Positions 23,951-35,857 of a DNA stretch of 64,000 nucleotides are shown one piece after another (the first letter of the stretch is position 1; each line of letters starts with the position of its first letter). Below the pieces are notes generated by a model. It worked only from the letters and a program-made list of their open reading frames with translations. It was not told the DNA's origin and ran no database searches. The position numbers and the translations under genes are program-made. This stretch comes from Octopus vulgaris (Eukaryota): positions 102,548,001-102,612,000 of the forward strand of contig OX597814.1 of assembly GCA_951406725.2 (NCBI GenBank), given 5' to 3'.

Positions 23951-24739
23951 TTGTTGCCACGACCTTGGATTGTGAGATTTTCCTACATTTTAGCACCTGT
24001 CTATTGACTGCTAAGTTTCCTGGACACTGACATCACAGTGTTGTTACCAGGATATGGACTGTTGACCTCTCGACTGGTTTGTCTACCTCTCTATTCATCA
24101 CAGCCTAAATTTATGTAATCTCCCAGGAACTAGTTTTAAGGATGAACTAGTTTAATCATGTCTATAAATATTTAATGCATATAAATAGTACACATATCAC
24201 CATTATCATCACCATCACTACTATCAATGTTATCACCTTTCCACAATTATGTTATGCATGAGATGGACAGCTGTTAACATGTTTTAACTCTTCTGAGAGC
24301 AACTTACCTCTGGGCAAAATGAGCAAGAGAAACCCAAGTTTAGGTTATTAAACACCCCATTCTCCATCACTTCCATCCTAATTTTTTTATGACCATTTTT
24401 TTCCATTCTTGCATGGGTTGGGCGGGATCTTCTCCAGCATAGAATTTCACTTGTTAGTACCCTTTATTCTCTTCATTTTTAAATTGTTCGTAATTTTAAG
24501 TTAATACTTGCTTTTCACAGTTTTTATGTACGACTTGTTTTTATTATGTTCTAAACACCAACTTAATTATGAACAGGTAATTTGAATAAAATCCCAAAAT
24601 TCTTGATAATTTAGAAATTAACCTAATTACATATCTGAAAAACAAAGTTTTACTCTTGATTTCAAAACTCAAAAGAAACATGACTTGCCTTGTTAACTGC
24701 CCATCACCTGAATAAAAATGAAGAGATTTGTTTTTATAG

Positions 24740-24845
<106 letters not shown>

Positions 24846-25112
24846 TTTTTATATCATTCCTCTTCAGCTGCATATACTTTTGAAAGAGGGAGTGGATGGT
24901 TGATATCAGTCAAAGCTCCTAGCGTACACTTGTCATAATCAATATGTTCTATCTCCTCTGTATCACATTCCTTCAGAATTTTTGACCGCTTTTACTTGCT
25001 GCAAAATTCTTCAACTGTCATGTAATATAATGTTAATTTTATTAAGATAGGTTCGCATTCCTTTGTAGTATTTTGAAGTTGCTTTCTTTAAATTTTTGCC
25101 CACACGCATATG

Positions 25113-25232
25113 CATTATCATTATCATTTAACATCCTTCTTCCGTGCTGGCACGAGCTGGACAGTTTGACAGGAGCTGGCAAGGCAGAAGCCTGCACCAT
25201 GCTTCTGTGTATGTTTTGACATAGTTTTTACT
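25113..25232 (-). mobile_element. Family B SINE 3' fragment
   Basis: ATCATTTAACATCCTTCTTCCGTGCTGGCACGAGCTGGACAGTTTGACAGG. Confidence 0.7.
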
Positions 25233-25275
25233 GTTGATTATATATGTACATTAATTTTATGTATGTATGTATATA

Positions 25276-25788
25276 CCGTAAATCCTCGAGTATAGTCCCC
25301 CCTTGAGTATAATACACGGGATTTTTAGGGGGCGGTACCTCTGAAAAACCTAAACCTTGTGTATAATATGCAACCCGTCTCTAAATTGAGTCAAGGAGGC
25401 TTATATAACGTTCTTGGTTTGTAAAAATGTATACGGTAATATCCTATATTATTATTATTGTATATATAACATAATGCAAACGTGTAGCATTTTTGTGCAT
25501 TTTGTTTGCAGAAAATAAAGAAATAACAGTAATAACATTTTATAAATGTTGGTTACTGCAAGTTATGGATGATTCTTATGACTTCATTGCTTTCAGGCTT
25601 AGCTTAAGGTATTTTCACGCCCGACATCACAAAATGTGTCTGAATAAACATTGCCGGACAGCAAATAGAAACTCGGACATTGCTTAGAAAATATTTTTCA
25701 TTTTTAACCTTGTATATAGTACGCACTAGGGATTTTGACCGTTAAATTTTTTTGGGGGGAAATGCGGATTATACTCAAGGATTTACGG
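25276..25788. mobile_element. Non-autonomous Tc1/mariner-superfamily element, Tc2/pogo-like termini
   Basis: TA|CCGTAAATCCTCGAGTATAGTCC ... GGATTATACTCAAGGATTTACGG|TA: ~23-bp inverted termini with TA duplication. No transposase ORF. Confidence 0.85.
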
Positions 25789-26516
25789 TATATGAAATGT
25801 CAAGTTATATATCCTTTTTCCTATTCTTTCTGTCACACTGTAGGAACGTGGAAGGAGAAAGTAGTAGCTGTGCTGGGAGAGCATAGAAATAATGTAGATG
25901 TAGGTTAGATAGCTACATAGGTAAGAGATAGGCAAACAGGTGAATAGATGGAATAAAACAAGAAAATAGAGCAAGGCTTGAAGCAGAAAGGTTAAGAATT
26001 TAACGAAAATCAATAAACCTCAACTTTTTTCTACCGTTAATCTCTCCCTATTACTCATGATTGACATCCATCACTTCTATCTCCCAACACTCATTTTCAC
26101 TTCTCTCTCTCTCTCTCCATCTAGCTCCTTCCTATAGTTTTCTCATGCCCAGTCATGCTATTTGTATCTAATCTCTTTACCAACAATTACAGTTGCCTGT
26201 CAGTCCATCGTTTCCTTATACTGTGTTTTCTGTTACTCTCTTACTCTGGTTCTCTTTCATGCCCTTCACAAAGGACAAGCTGGTCCTTGGGCACTAGTGA
26301 ATAAAAGAAGACAATGGGGGGAACTACCAAGGACAGGGCAACCTCTAGTACTGGTACTACAATGAAATGTCCTCTTTATATCCAGTTAAATGCACCAAAA
26401 GTGGGATGTATCAGCAAGATATGATTCCTACCTGTTTAACCAATTGCAGCACAGAAAGGCTGATGTAAAATGATGGTGATTATGCTAATATGTGCATGTA
26501 TGCATGAACGTACAAA

Positions 26517-26550
<34 letters not shown>

Positions 26551-26821
26551 ACCCAGGTTATGAGATTGTTAGAGTTGAGTAAGATGCCATATAGTATCTG
26601 TTCTGGCTCTTTGTGTTCCCACAGCAATGATTACAATGACACTGGTGCCAAGCTATTTTGGCCCAACTTGGTGGCCTTTCCCTTGGATAAACATCAGTAA
26701 TAAAGAAGGGAATCTTGCCTTAGTGGGCAACAGCTAGCCTTCTTCAAAAACATCTTGTCCAGGATCACACACTTACACACATACACTATGTATAAATAAA
26801 CAGTCCTGTACATGCAATGTT

Positions 26822-26916
<95 letters not shown>
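26822..26916. repeat. (TG)n(TA)n compound microsatellite
   Basis: Read directly from the sequence. Confidence 0.97.
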
Positions 26917-26920
<4 letters not shown>

Positions 26921-27235
26921 CAATGGGACAGTATAAATATTTAACTATTTAGTCAATAAAAAACTTAGTATTTGCTAATTCTCCTATTCATCAAGTTTAC
27001 CAAGTGTGATGATAAATATCATTAGTCTATTATTTATCTCTTACAGACATAAATGCTTTGGCTGTTATTTTTCTTCTTAACTTTGCCCACCACCACCACT
27101 CTGCTCTCAGTAGTGATAAACTTATCTTGTAAGCTATCTTATTATTGTGATAAACTTATCTAAATAAATACATTCATAAAAGTGAATAGATAATAAATAC
27201 TTTTATTTCCTGTTGCAACACACTGTTTTTTTTTT

Positions 27236-27742
27236 AAACCTTTTTGCTGCTAATACATTTGAGATCACCTCTGATTTTATGATACAAAACCTCTTGTTTG
27301 AAAGTGTTCATATTTAAAAACATATTTTTATGTGACCTTCTTGTTGCCTTATTTCTCTTGAAATATACTGATTCGTTAACTATATTTCTGCTTCAAATAT
27401 ATTGCCTTTATTTCAATTAATTTTGAATATAGGTAACAATTTAAGAACTTTGTCCATTATTAAGCTAGTATTTGAATTATAAATTAACTTGAAATTTTGA
27501 TAGAAGGTTTTAATTTAAATCATTTTAAAACACAAGCTTTTTATCATAGAACCAAAGGTAGTCTCAGACTGATTAGTATCAAAAAGCTTAAGAACTTTTC
27601 ATTTAGTTATGTTCAAAGCATAATAATGATAAAGTTCCAATTTAAAGTTTAATTACAATTCTAAATTCTTGATTATTTTCAAAATTATAATTTCTAAAAC
27701 ACTTAGCAGTGTACTTCATTAAAAATATGGTCATAAAAGAGC
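27236..27742. mobile_element. Cluster of decayed MITE E pieces (one near-complete minus copy at ~27335-27591)
   Basis: TATCATAGAACCAAAGGTAGTCTCAGAC...TATCAAAAAGCTTAA is the reverse complement of the 16712 left end. Plus-strand fragments lie on either side. Confidence 0.55.
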
Positions 27743-28142
27743 TCTAAGCAAACATTCTAGTACCCTAAATGATCGTTATCTGTTGGCTGGAAAAATGGAG
27801 TTGAATACTAATCACATCTTTAGATGGTTGGTGGAGAATATGTGCAATGCAGGTCCAGGAGATGCTCTGATCATCAATCTGATGAAATATAGCTTAGTAT
27901 CATCTGGAGATCTTTCATAACAAATATTTATCTTTATCTTTTGCATCTCTCAATCACTGAACTGTGACCATACTGGAGCACTGTCTTTAAAGGTTTAGTT
28001 ACACAAATTGATCCCAGGACTTATTTCTTTAAGTCACTTATTCTATCAGTCTCTTTTGCTGAACCTCTAAATTACAGGGGCATAAACAAACCAACACTGG
28101 TTGTGAAGCAGTGGAAGAACAAATACAGACATACACACACAT

Positions 28143-28302
28143 ATGCATCTTGGATCTTTCCTTTTCCTATGTTTCTGACGAAGAGCTCTGCTCGAAACAT
28201 TAAATCCTCCTTTTCCTTTCTTGAGCGTCCAATAACACTATACTTGTTCCACGTCCTCGCGTTGTTGTGTTTTCTCTTTGTGTTTTCATGTTTGGATTAA
28301 CT
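28143..28302 (+). mobile_element. Solo Penelope-like terminal repeat (pLTR) fragment containing a minimal hammerhead ribozyme
   Basis: Contains CTGACGAAGAGCTCTGCTCGAAAC. Organisation parallels the 3' end of the PLE at 52443-52600 (HHR, then T-rich end, then (TA)n). Confidence 0.65.
28171..28205 (+). ncRNA. Minimal type I hammerhead ribozyme motif
   Basis: CUGACGA core, extra A, perfect stem II GAGC-UCU-GCUC, GAAAC. Stem III reads ACAT (probably ACGT after CpG decay). Confidence 0.65.
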
Positions 28303-28660
28303 ATATATATATATATGACAGGCTTCCTGAAACCACTTAGTTGCCAAGTAAACTTCTTCACCACACAACTATACTTATTAATAATTCTTCCAATTCTTTG
28401 ACTTAGCCTTTGCAACAAGCGAAATTGCCTGTTTGAGATGTAGGAAGAATAAAATTAGCCAAAGACTGCAGACTGCATGCTTGAGACCTTGAGTTAAAAA
28501 GCCATCATCAAACATAAGTTGGATCTAACTATCAGCTGGGCTTTTGTAAAGATTGTCCTATGATCCTCATTGGTAAGAATGGTCAGGCATGTTTTTCCCT
28601 ATCTGGCATCTATGATGAAAGACATTGTGAACAAAGTAGAATATACAAAGGGTGACAATA

Positions 28661-28850
28661 CCTCCTTAGCATTTAAACTGGCCATATCCAACCCAGATAT
28701 TTTGTTTTCTGTTCAGACTGGCCAGATCTGACCTCTCACATCTATCTTATAATGCCACTCTAAAAATAAGCAATCATATCACTGAGATCTTGAAAGTACA
28801 AAATGATGAGCATTAGATTTGACAGAATTATCTGAGTGCTAAAGGGTTAA
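28661..28850 (+). mobile_element. MITE family D (internally deleted)
   Basis: CCTTAGCATTTAAACTGGCCATATCC...TCTGAGTGCTAAAGGGTTAA. Confidence 0.8.
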
Positions 28851-30371
28851 AGAATGTGATGACAAACAATAAGTCCTGCTATCTAGAAAAGTTCTTATAT
28901 AAAGTGAGAGTGGTTTATTGGATATTTTGAGTGAAACCTGCTTCAGCTTATAGCTGAAACCAAAGGGTTTGGCATGAGTGAAAAGTCAAACTTTTTAGTT
29001 TCAAGTGTAAGTTGAAGGTGAGTATAGTTGTAATAGTTATTCCCTCCTAGTAGAGGGTTCTGTTTTATATTACTATCTTATATTTTTAGAATTAATAAAT
29101 ATACAATCACAGAAACATATGAAATATTTATGTTAATATGTTTGTATTGTAAGGTGACAAATTAACAGAATCATCGGGGCAACAAATTATATTTCAACCT
29201 CACTGACCTCAGCTTTGCCTTTATTCATTGACCTTGGGTTAATAAAGTACCAGTCCCTTCCAGGAGTTGATTGTTCTCTTTTTTTTTTGTTCTCCTCCAG
29301 ACAGTGTATTGTGGCCAACACTATCCAATTTTTAAGACACAAATTTGGCCAGTCTTACAGTAAAATAATGATACATTATGGGAATATCTTACTGATAGAA
29401 ATATTAGCAAAATATTTTCCTCTACTGTTACTAACTGTTGAGATAGGGTAGGATTGCCTGAAACCATTTATCAGAGCATCAGGACTAGACATTTTCATTC
29501 CTAAACTTGTAACTTTCACCACTTCGTATTAGTTTTCACACTGATTACAAAGAAATTATTAGAACGATCTTCTTAATGTCATGACAATAATAAACAAATC
29601 CTGCCCAGCTGTTAAGCAGTTTGTCTGATAGAGAGAGGGGTGTGTGTGAAATGTATGTTGCTTTGAAGTATAACAGCTATTATTAAACCCAAAGCTATCT
29701 AAGTGGTACTTTGTGTGTGTGTGTGTTGCATCTACATTTGTTCATGCATGGATTGGGTGGTTCTACAATTGGGTAAGCCTCTTGAAATAACGAGAACACA
29801 TGCTTTTTTACATCTCAATGTATTTTGCAAGGTTAATCATTCTTGGATATCTATTTTCAGCATTGTTGAGACAAGTAGAACAATATATTTGTGTATTTTG
29901 TTTCACAATAGCAAAGGGTACAGAATTTGAACTAGTGACTTCATAACATAATCATCTACCCTCTTGAAATATAACCAAACCCAACAAACTGTGATTTATT
30001 TACTTTTGCTAAAGCACTGTTTTTGCAAATAATCTTTTTGGCTTAATGACATTTAATTCCATTTCTCTTCAAACTTACCTCTAGAGTAGGTAACAGTAAT
30101 TCATATCTCCTATAATCCTTGGAAAGAAATCCTTATTTGCTTATCTTATGAAATACAAGTATTTTGTTAATCAGAAATTTTAATGACTAGCACACCCGCA
30201 GTATGTCATCCACTAGTTTGTTTTTTTTTTGTTTTGTTTTTTTCAATTTTTATTCATTTATTATTTTTTTTATTGGAAGTATTTGGCTAAGTCATATATT
30301 TGACTTATTTGAAATATTTTCTTTTTCTCTAATACATATATATTATAATTTGTCATATATTTAATGAGTTT

Positions 30372-30395
30372 TACTTTCTTCTCTTTTTTTAATAG
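30372..30395 (+). promoter_or_regulatory. Splice acceptor (polypyrimidine tract + TAG)
   Basis: TACTTTCTTCTCTTTTTTTAATAG immediately 5' of the ORF. Confidence 0.7.
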
Positions 30396-31583
30396 ATGAA
30401 AGAGGCAAGCAAATCTTGTTCAGATCTGGATCTAGAAGTTGGTTCCAATATGGCAGAGGATGACCAGTGTGTTGTGCCTGGCCAGCTTATCTATAAGCTA
30501 CGTCAGCAACTTATTGAAAAAGACAATGCTATAAAGCAGCTTGGCAGCGAATATGACCACAATCTTTCCAAAGTCTTATCTAGCCTTCTGTACTTAGAAG
30601 GCAAACTGCACCGGGAACAAAAGAATATTGTACGCCTGATGGAGCAGAAAGACAGTGTAATCAGTCGTCAAGACCTACAAATAAAACAGTTATATAAACG
30701 GATACATATTTTACAATCTTCAATAACTGATATCCAAAGTAAAATGGACTCTAATGGAATGACTCAGTCTATGCATGAGAAATATTCAGTGAACTCTTCA
30801 GACTTAGCAAGTAGCACTAAGTCAGATATAACTAGCAAAAGATCTGAGAAATATTCTAGTAATTCTGACATGACAAGTTCTCAGTCGAATATAAACTCTA
30901 ACATGAACTCCAGCGTAACAAATATCAGTGGCAATGAAGGAAATTCTATTTTTAAACAATTTAGTAAGCCTCTTCGTGATAAATTCACTCGTCACAAAAG
31001 CAGCGTGGATCTCCGCAGTTTTAAATTACTGAATGATTCAGATGGGGAATATAACCACCGAAGTATGGAGAATATCCCACAGGTAGTACGGCGTGAGAGA
31101 AAAACAAGAGATAAAGAACGATGTATGAGTATTGCAGGTTATCCAAATTTTGAAAAATTTGAAAATGATCCTGAATTGACAGCTTTTATGAATTCTTTTC
31201 ATGCCACTAATCAAACATTAGCTGAAGTTTCAGGAAACAGTGTTGAAAATTTAGCTCATTCTCAACTAGAGAAGCAGGGAGAAACAAGGGACGGGGCACC
31301 AGAAAAAGCTGGTAAGCCAACACACATACAGCTTTTGAAAGCAAAAGATGATCTCTCACCAACCAAAATCTCTCCTGCCATGACAGAACAACCAAATGGA
31401 ACATCCATTCACACAAGTCACAGACATACTGAAACAAATCCATTAAAATTCCTTCGTGATACTTTCAAACGGAAAGGGAGTCGGCAAGTTAAAAACAAAA
31501 AACAGTCATTTAACTTAAAACAGAATACAACCAAAGACTCATTGGTAACCCTAAAGTTTAATGAAAAGCATGGAAATTCTTAG
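30396..31583 (+). CDS. Large terminal coding exon, 395 aa: N-terminal coiled coil plus Ser/Asn-rich disordered region; function unknown
   Basis: Only long non-repeat ORF in very AT-rich DNA. It is preceded by a polypyrimidine tract + TAG acceptor directly before the ATG, has a heptad pattern at about aa 31-118 (LRQQLIEKDNAIKQL...LLYLEGKLHREQKNI...), and has AATAAA signals downstream. The true N-terminus may lie in upstream exons. Confidence 0.88.
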   Translation: MKEASKSCSDLDLEVGSNMAEDDQCVVPGQLIYKLRQQLIEKDNAIKQLGSEYDHNLSKVLSSLLYLEGKLHREQKNIVRLMEQKDSVISRQDLQIKQLYKRIHILQSSITDIQSKMDSNGMTQSMHEKYSVNSSDLASSTKSDITSKRSEKYSSNSDMTSSQSNINSNMNSSVTNISGNEGNSIFKQFSKPLRDKFTRHKSSVDLRSFKLLNDSDGEYNHRSMENIPQVVRRERKTRDKERCMSIAGYPNFEKFENDPELTAFMNSFHATNQTLAEVSGNSVENLAHSQLEKQGETRDGAPEKAGKPTHIQLLKAKDDLSPTKISPAMTEQPNGTSIHTSHRHTETNPLKFLRDTFKRKGSRQVKNKKQSFNLKQNTTKDSLVTLKFNEKHGNS

Positions 31584-31775
31584 CAAATTCCAATCTGTAC
31601 CTTTTATAATGGTAATGGTGTGTGTGAGTGAAAAGAGTGATGACAGTGTATAAATAAGAGAGAAACAAAAACAAGAGAAAAAATAATATTGTTTCTTTTG
31701 ACTTAAAATACTTTATTAAATTGATAAAGGTTATTTAAACTTATCTTGAAACTGTCTAGCCAGCTTCCTTTTTAA

Positions 31776-31781
31776 AATAAA
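31776..31781 (+). promoter_or_regulatory. Candidate proximal polyadenylation signal
   Basis: AATAAA about 190 nt after the stop codon, with a second about 20 nt later. Weak evidence in AT-rich DNA. Confidence 0.3.
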
Positions 31782-32767
31782 AATTGGTTCTAAAAAATAA
31801 AGATTGTAGATTTTATTGTTACAACATAAAAACCTTTATTGATTTAATAACAACATCAACACTTATTTAAGTTTTTTTTTAAATATAAAGAAAGCCCAAA
31901 AAGAAAATAAGATGAAAGTCCTGTTATATTTGGTATAAAATAATTCTGGAACTCTGTTTTATTATGTATATACCTTGCCATCGACACAACAGGAAATTTC
32001 AGTCAATTGATACTAACAAATTTTCTGTATACCTCTAAAAAAGAAAGACATTGTGTAACAAAAACCAAGATTATTTCAAATTAAAATTCAGTAACGTATA
32101 ACTTTTAAAATTATATATTGTTTTTATTTGTTTCCATAGCATGAAAAATAATTTTTTTTCTTTTGGGACTAATGTGTAAATACTTTGATAATGTATGTAT
32201 GCATCATATAGTGTATGTATGTATTATATGTAGAGTGTATATGAACATACATATTACAGAGTCAAAGAAAAGGTTACTTTATAGCATTGGATTCTAAGTT
32301 TATATCCCACCCTACATTGACATGGATAACTTATAAAGCTTCTGGTGTCAATAACATCCTTAAAAATGCTGATCTGAGTTAAAGTAGAATTGTCCTAGTA
32401 TGATATTACTATAGAAGTTTCACACAGTTCTTTGACTCACTGGTTCCTTGTTGAACCATTCAACCCATGCCAGTTTGAAAAGTAGATGTTAAATGATGAT
32501 ACCTGATACTGCTAAAATAATTTCATATCATTTATTGTATATTTTCAAGTATTATATTATACTGTATATTTCGAGTATTATCTGTTTTTTCTAGATTTTA
32601 AACTTAGCAATTAAATATAAGCATTATATGAGGTGGTATCAAAAAGTTCTCAAACTAGTTCTGTAGTGTGCCAACAGATGGCAGCACATAGTTGCATGCA
32701 CAGTGAGAGATAGCAGTGATATCGCTGTGTTTAATTCGCAAGTTGTGAAATTTGTGTTTTTGTGATC

Positions 32768-33134
32768 ACATGGCATGTAAAAAGCACCATTTGAGTGTGA
32801 TCGTTGCCAGTGTCGCCTTACTGGCACGTGAAAAACATTCAAGTGAGGTCATTGCCAGCGCCGCTGGACTGGCTCCTGTGCAGGTGGCACATAAAAAAAA
32901 CACCATTTGAATGTGGCCGTTGCCAGTACCGCCTGACTGGCCCTCGTGCCAGTGGCACGTAAAAGCACCCACTACACTCTCAAAGTGGTTGGCTTTAGGA
33001 AGGGCATCCAGCTGTAGAAACTCTGCCAGATCAAGATTGGAGCCTGGTGCAGCCATTTGGTTCGCCAGTCCTCAGTCAAATCATCCAACCCATGCTAGCA
33101 TGGAAAGCAGACGTTGATGATGATGATGATGATG
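32768..33134 (+). mobile_element. Family B SINE nested in the mariner 5' UTR
   Basis: About four degenerate ~60-bp units (TGGCACGTAAAAGCACC...), then AGGAAGGGCATCCAGCTGTAGAAAC...CCCATGCTAGCATGGAAAG and (GAT)n. Confidence 0.85.
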
Positions 33135-33158
33135 TATGCTGTAGTCTGTGATTTTGAC

Positions 33159-33758
33159 ATGGACTGGAAGTTAGAACAAAGAGCCAATATGAAATTTTGC
33201 ATTAATCTTAGGAAGTCTGCTGCAGAGACATTGAGCATGCTCTGGCAATGGGTCATATGCAATGTTTCAAGTGGCACTGGCACTTCAAAAGTGGAAGATA
33301 AATGATCTGAAAGACCTGCCATGAGTGACACCACTGGAAATGTAGTATTGTGCATTGAGAATTCATTCCCCAGGGCCAGACCATCAATCAAGAGAACATT
33401 TGGTGAAAGTGACTGGATCTGTGGAGCACGAAGAATTGGATTCTTCATGACAACAATGTACCCTTTCACAGCTCTTCTCACTCTTGAGTTTCTCACCAGA
33501 AACATGGTATCACTTCCACACCCGCCCTATTTGCCAGATTTAGCACCTGCAAACTTCCATCTCTTCTCCAAAATGAAAATGCAGCTTAAAGGTCACTGTT
33601 TTAACACAGTTGTTGAGATCCAGAGTGAATCACAGAAGGTCTTTGACTCATGGAAAATTACTTCCAGGCTGAATTCCAAAAGTACCAGGAATGCTGGGAG
33701 CAGTTTATTGCTGCACAAGGTGACAATTTCAAAGGAGATGATGTTAAAACTTAGGTAA
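33159..33758 (+). pseudogene. Mariner transposase pseudogene fragments
   Basis: Frameshifted pieces in ORFs 33114-33305 and 33321-33758 carry mariner motifs. The central region is deleted. Confidence 0.85.
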
Positions 33759-35150
33759 ATAAGTTATTTTTTATTAAACATACCCAGTTCTGGAACTTCT
33801 TGATACCACCTTGTACACAAGAACTAAATGCTACTCCATTTTTTTTTTCCTAATCTAAATTTACAGAATTACACTAATTACTTCCATCTATTCTTGTATA
33901 ACGTGGGTAGCCTTGTATCACTTCTACAGCAAGAAACTTATTCCAAACCCTTCCTTCATTATTTAACCTTTCACCACTTAGCTTAAAGCCATCACTCTTT
34001 CTGCTGTAGCCCCAAGAAGTTGATGGCAATCTTAGTCTTAATGGGAATGCTGATGTCATAACAAAAATTACCCAGTACATACTGTAAAGTACTTGGTGTA
34101 AGGAAAGGCATCCAATCATAGAAACCATGCCAAAGTAAACATTGGAGTGTAACTGATCTTCTGACCCGTCTGATACTGTTAAACTGTCTAACCCATGCCA
34201 ACATGTAGGATGAGTGTTAAAATACTCTGAAGATTTAGAAAGTTATTACAATTTAAGATTCTGGTTTTTTTAGAAAATATTAGCTTTTTTTTTTTTTTTA
34301 TTTTTATTTGAAAATTTTTGAAAAAGCATAAAAATTAGGTGTTACTTCCCAACTACATGATTGTGGGATCAGTCCCACTGCATGGCACCTTAAGCAGATG
34401 TCTTTTACTACAACCCCAGGTCAACCAAGTGTTTTGTGTAACAATTGTGGAGAAGATCAATAATGGACATTTAGCCCAAAGGAATCATTTTCTATGAGAT
34501 ATTCACCAGAATTCAGTTTCTGAATTTTGTACAAAAATCATTTGGATTTTGGTGGAAACCCATTTTTATAAGCAGATACTGAATGTCTGTTGTTACCGAA
34601 CATAAAAAATCCACATTTAAATGAATACATGCCATGTGAGTTTTAACAATGCAGCTATAAACAAAACAATGAAGTTATATCAATGGGTATTATACACGAG
34701 ATTTTTTTCTAGAATTTTATTGCTCATGATTAGCCTTGTGCATTGTACAAGAGTGCATTTTATACACAAATAAATATGGTAATGGTTCTTTTACAGTATA
34801 AAGAGAATTTTAGAATTTTTTTTTAAATAAATGTATAAACTATTTAAATATAGGAAATCTTGTAAACCAAAAGGTCTTCAGAGTGTAACTTAAAGACTAT
34901 TTGTGCAATGTCTATCTAAAGTTATCAGTATGCTGGTATCTGTCTCTATTGTGATACTAACACAAATGAGAGGATTTCAACTCAGTATTGTAAACCATTT
35001 AAATACTTGTTAATTAACTATATAATGTTGTTGCTAAAACACGTCTTAGCAGAGTGTTGTGCTCATGAACAGGGATGACAAGTATAAACTGCTGAGTGCT
35101 ATCATTCTTGGGGAAGATGTATTTTCATCTCATTTCAGCCATGGCCCAGC

Positions 35151-35211
35151 ACTGAGGTTGCTTTGTTCGACTAAACCCTTGAAGAGTTTAGTCGAACAAA
35201 GCAACCTCAGT
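35151..35211. repeat. Perfect 26-bp inverted repeat with 9-nt loop
   Basis: ACTGAGGTTGCTTTGTTCGACTAAAC-CCTTGAAGA-GTTTAGTCGAACAAAGCAACCTCAGT. Confidence 0.95.
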
Positions 35212-35490
35212 ACTTGTTTGAAAGTCTGGTACTTATTGTAGTGGTTTCTTATGCTGAACCATTAAGTTACAAGGATGTAAACAAAACCACACAATTGTCA
35301 ACTGTGGTGAGGAACAAAGTTACATACACAGACATATATAGATATACAATGGGCTTCCACACGGTTTCCATCCACCAAACTCACATAGAAGGTATTAGTG
35401 GGTCTGAGGTTGTTAGAAGACATTAGCGCAATGGGGCTCAATCCAAAAGCATGCGGCTGCAAAGCACACTTTAATCACATCATCATGCCT
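35177..35490 (-). mobile_element. Decayed family A SINE (tail 1)
   Basis: GTTTAGTCGAACAAA...CAGTACTT...AAAGTCTGGTACTTATT...ATGGGCTTC...GTTTCCATCCACCAAACTCAC matches the reverse complement of family A. Confidence 0.7.
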
Positions 35491-35791
35491 GCACTTTTGC
35501 TTGGTGAATTGAAACTGCCGTAATAACCTACCTGTGATTAGTGCTTTTGTTAGTTGTTCAAATTTGAAAACAGGTGTTAAAACAAACTCAGTATACAAAA
35601 CCTTTTAATTCAATGATTGCTTTTCAAATGTCTTTGCTATTAGAGTTTACCTCGAATGACCGCTACCAAGGTGACATTTGTGTGGTTCCTGATAAAAACT
35701 CTATCTACTAATATTATAATTAAATGATCTAGATATATCAGTTCACTAGTATAGGGCAATATAAACTTGAAACCAAAATTCAGGTATTGAT

Positions 35792-35857
35792 AACTGATAC
35801 ACCTTTGTGTATCAGTTTGTTATACAAGCAATTCTTTAATTGCTTGTATAACAAACT
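35792..35857. repeat. Two overlapping perfect hairpins (11-bp and 20-bp stems), both with CTTT loops
   Basis: AACTGATACAC-CTTT-GTGTATCAGTT (35792-35817) and AGTTTGTTATACAAGCAATT-CTTT-AATTGCTTGTATAACAAACT (35814-35857). Confidence 0.95.

Larger units (their letters stand above)
27935..28330 (-). mobile_element. Family A SINE (tail 1) interrupted in its central microsatellite
   Basis: Tail reverse complement at 27935-28140 (ACTGTGACCATACTGGAGCAC...). The body resumes as ATATATGACAGGCTTC at ~28310-28326. Confidence 0.7.
32629..33813 (+). mobile_element. Internally deleted mariner (DD34D-type) transposon with nested family B SINE
   Basis: TA|TGAGGTGGTATCAAAAAGTTC ... GAACTTCTTGATACCACCTTG|TA inverted termini. 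Transposase relics MDWKLEQRANMKFC (N-terminal HTH) and LPHPPYLPDLAPANFHLFSKMK (YSPDLAP-D motif). Confidence 0.9.

Noticed and set aside
30396-30750. Assignment of the coiled coil to a named family (for example cytohesin-binding CUPID proteins)
   Set aside because: Diagnostic motifs such as CLREAELTG are absent, so no gene symbol is given.
34630-34781. Second Tc2-like element
   Set aside because: Only a degraded right-end-like motif (TTATACACAAATAAATATGGTA) is visible, and no confident matching left end was found.
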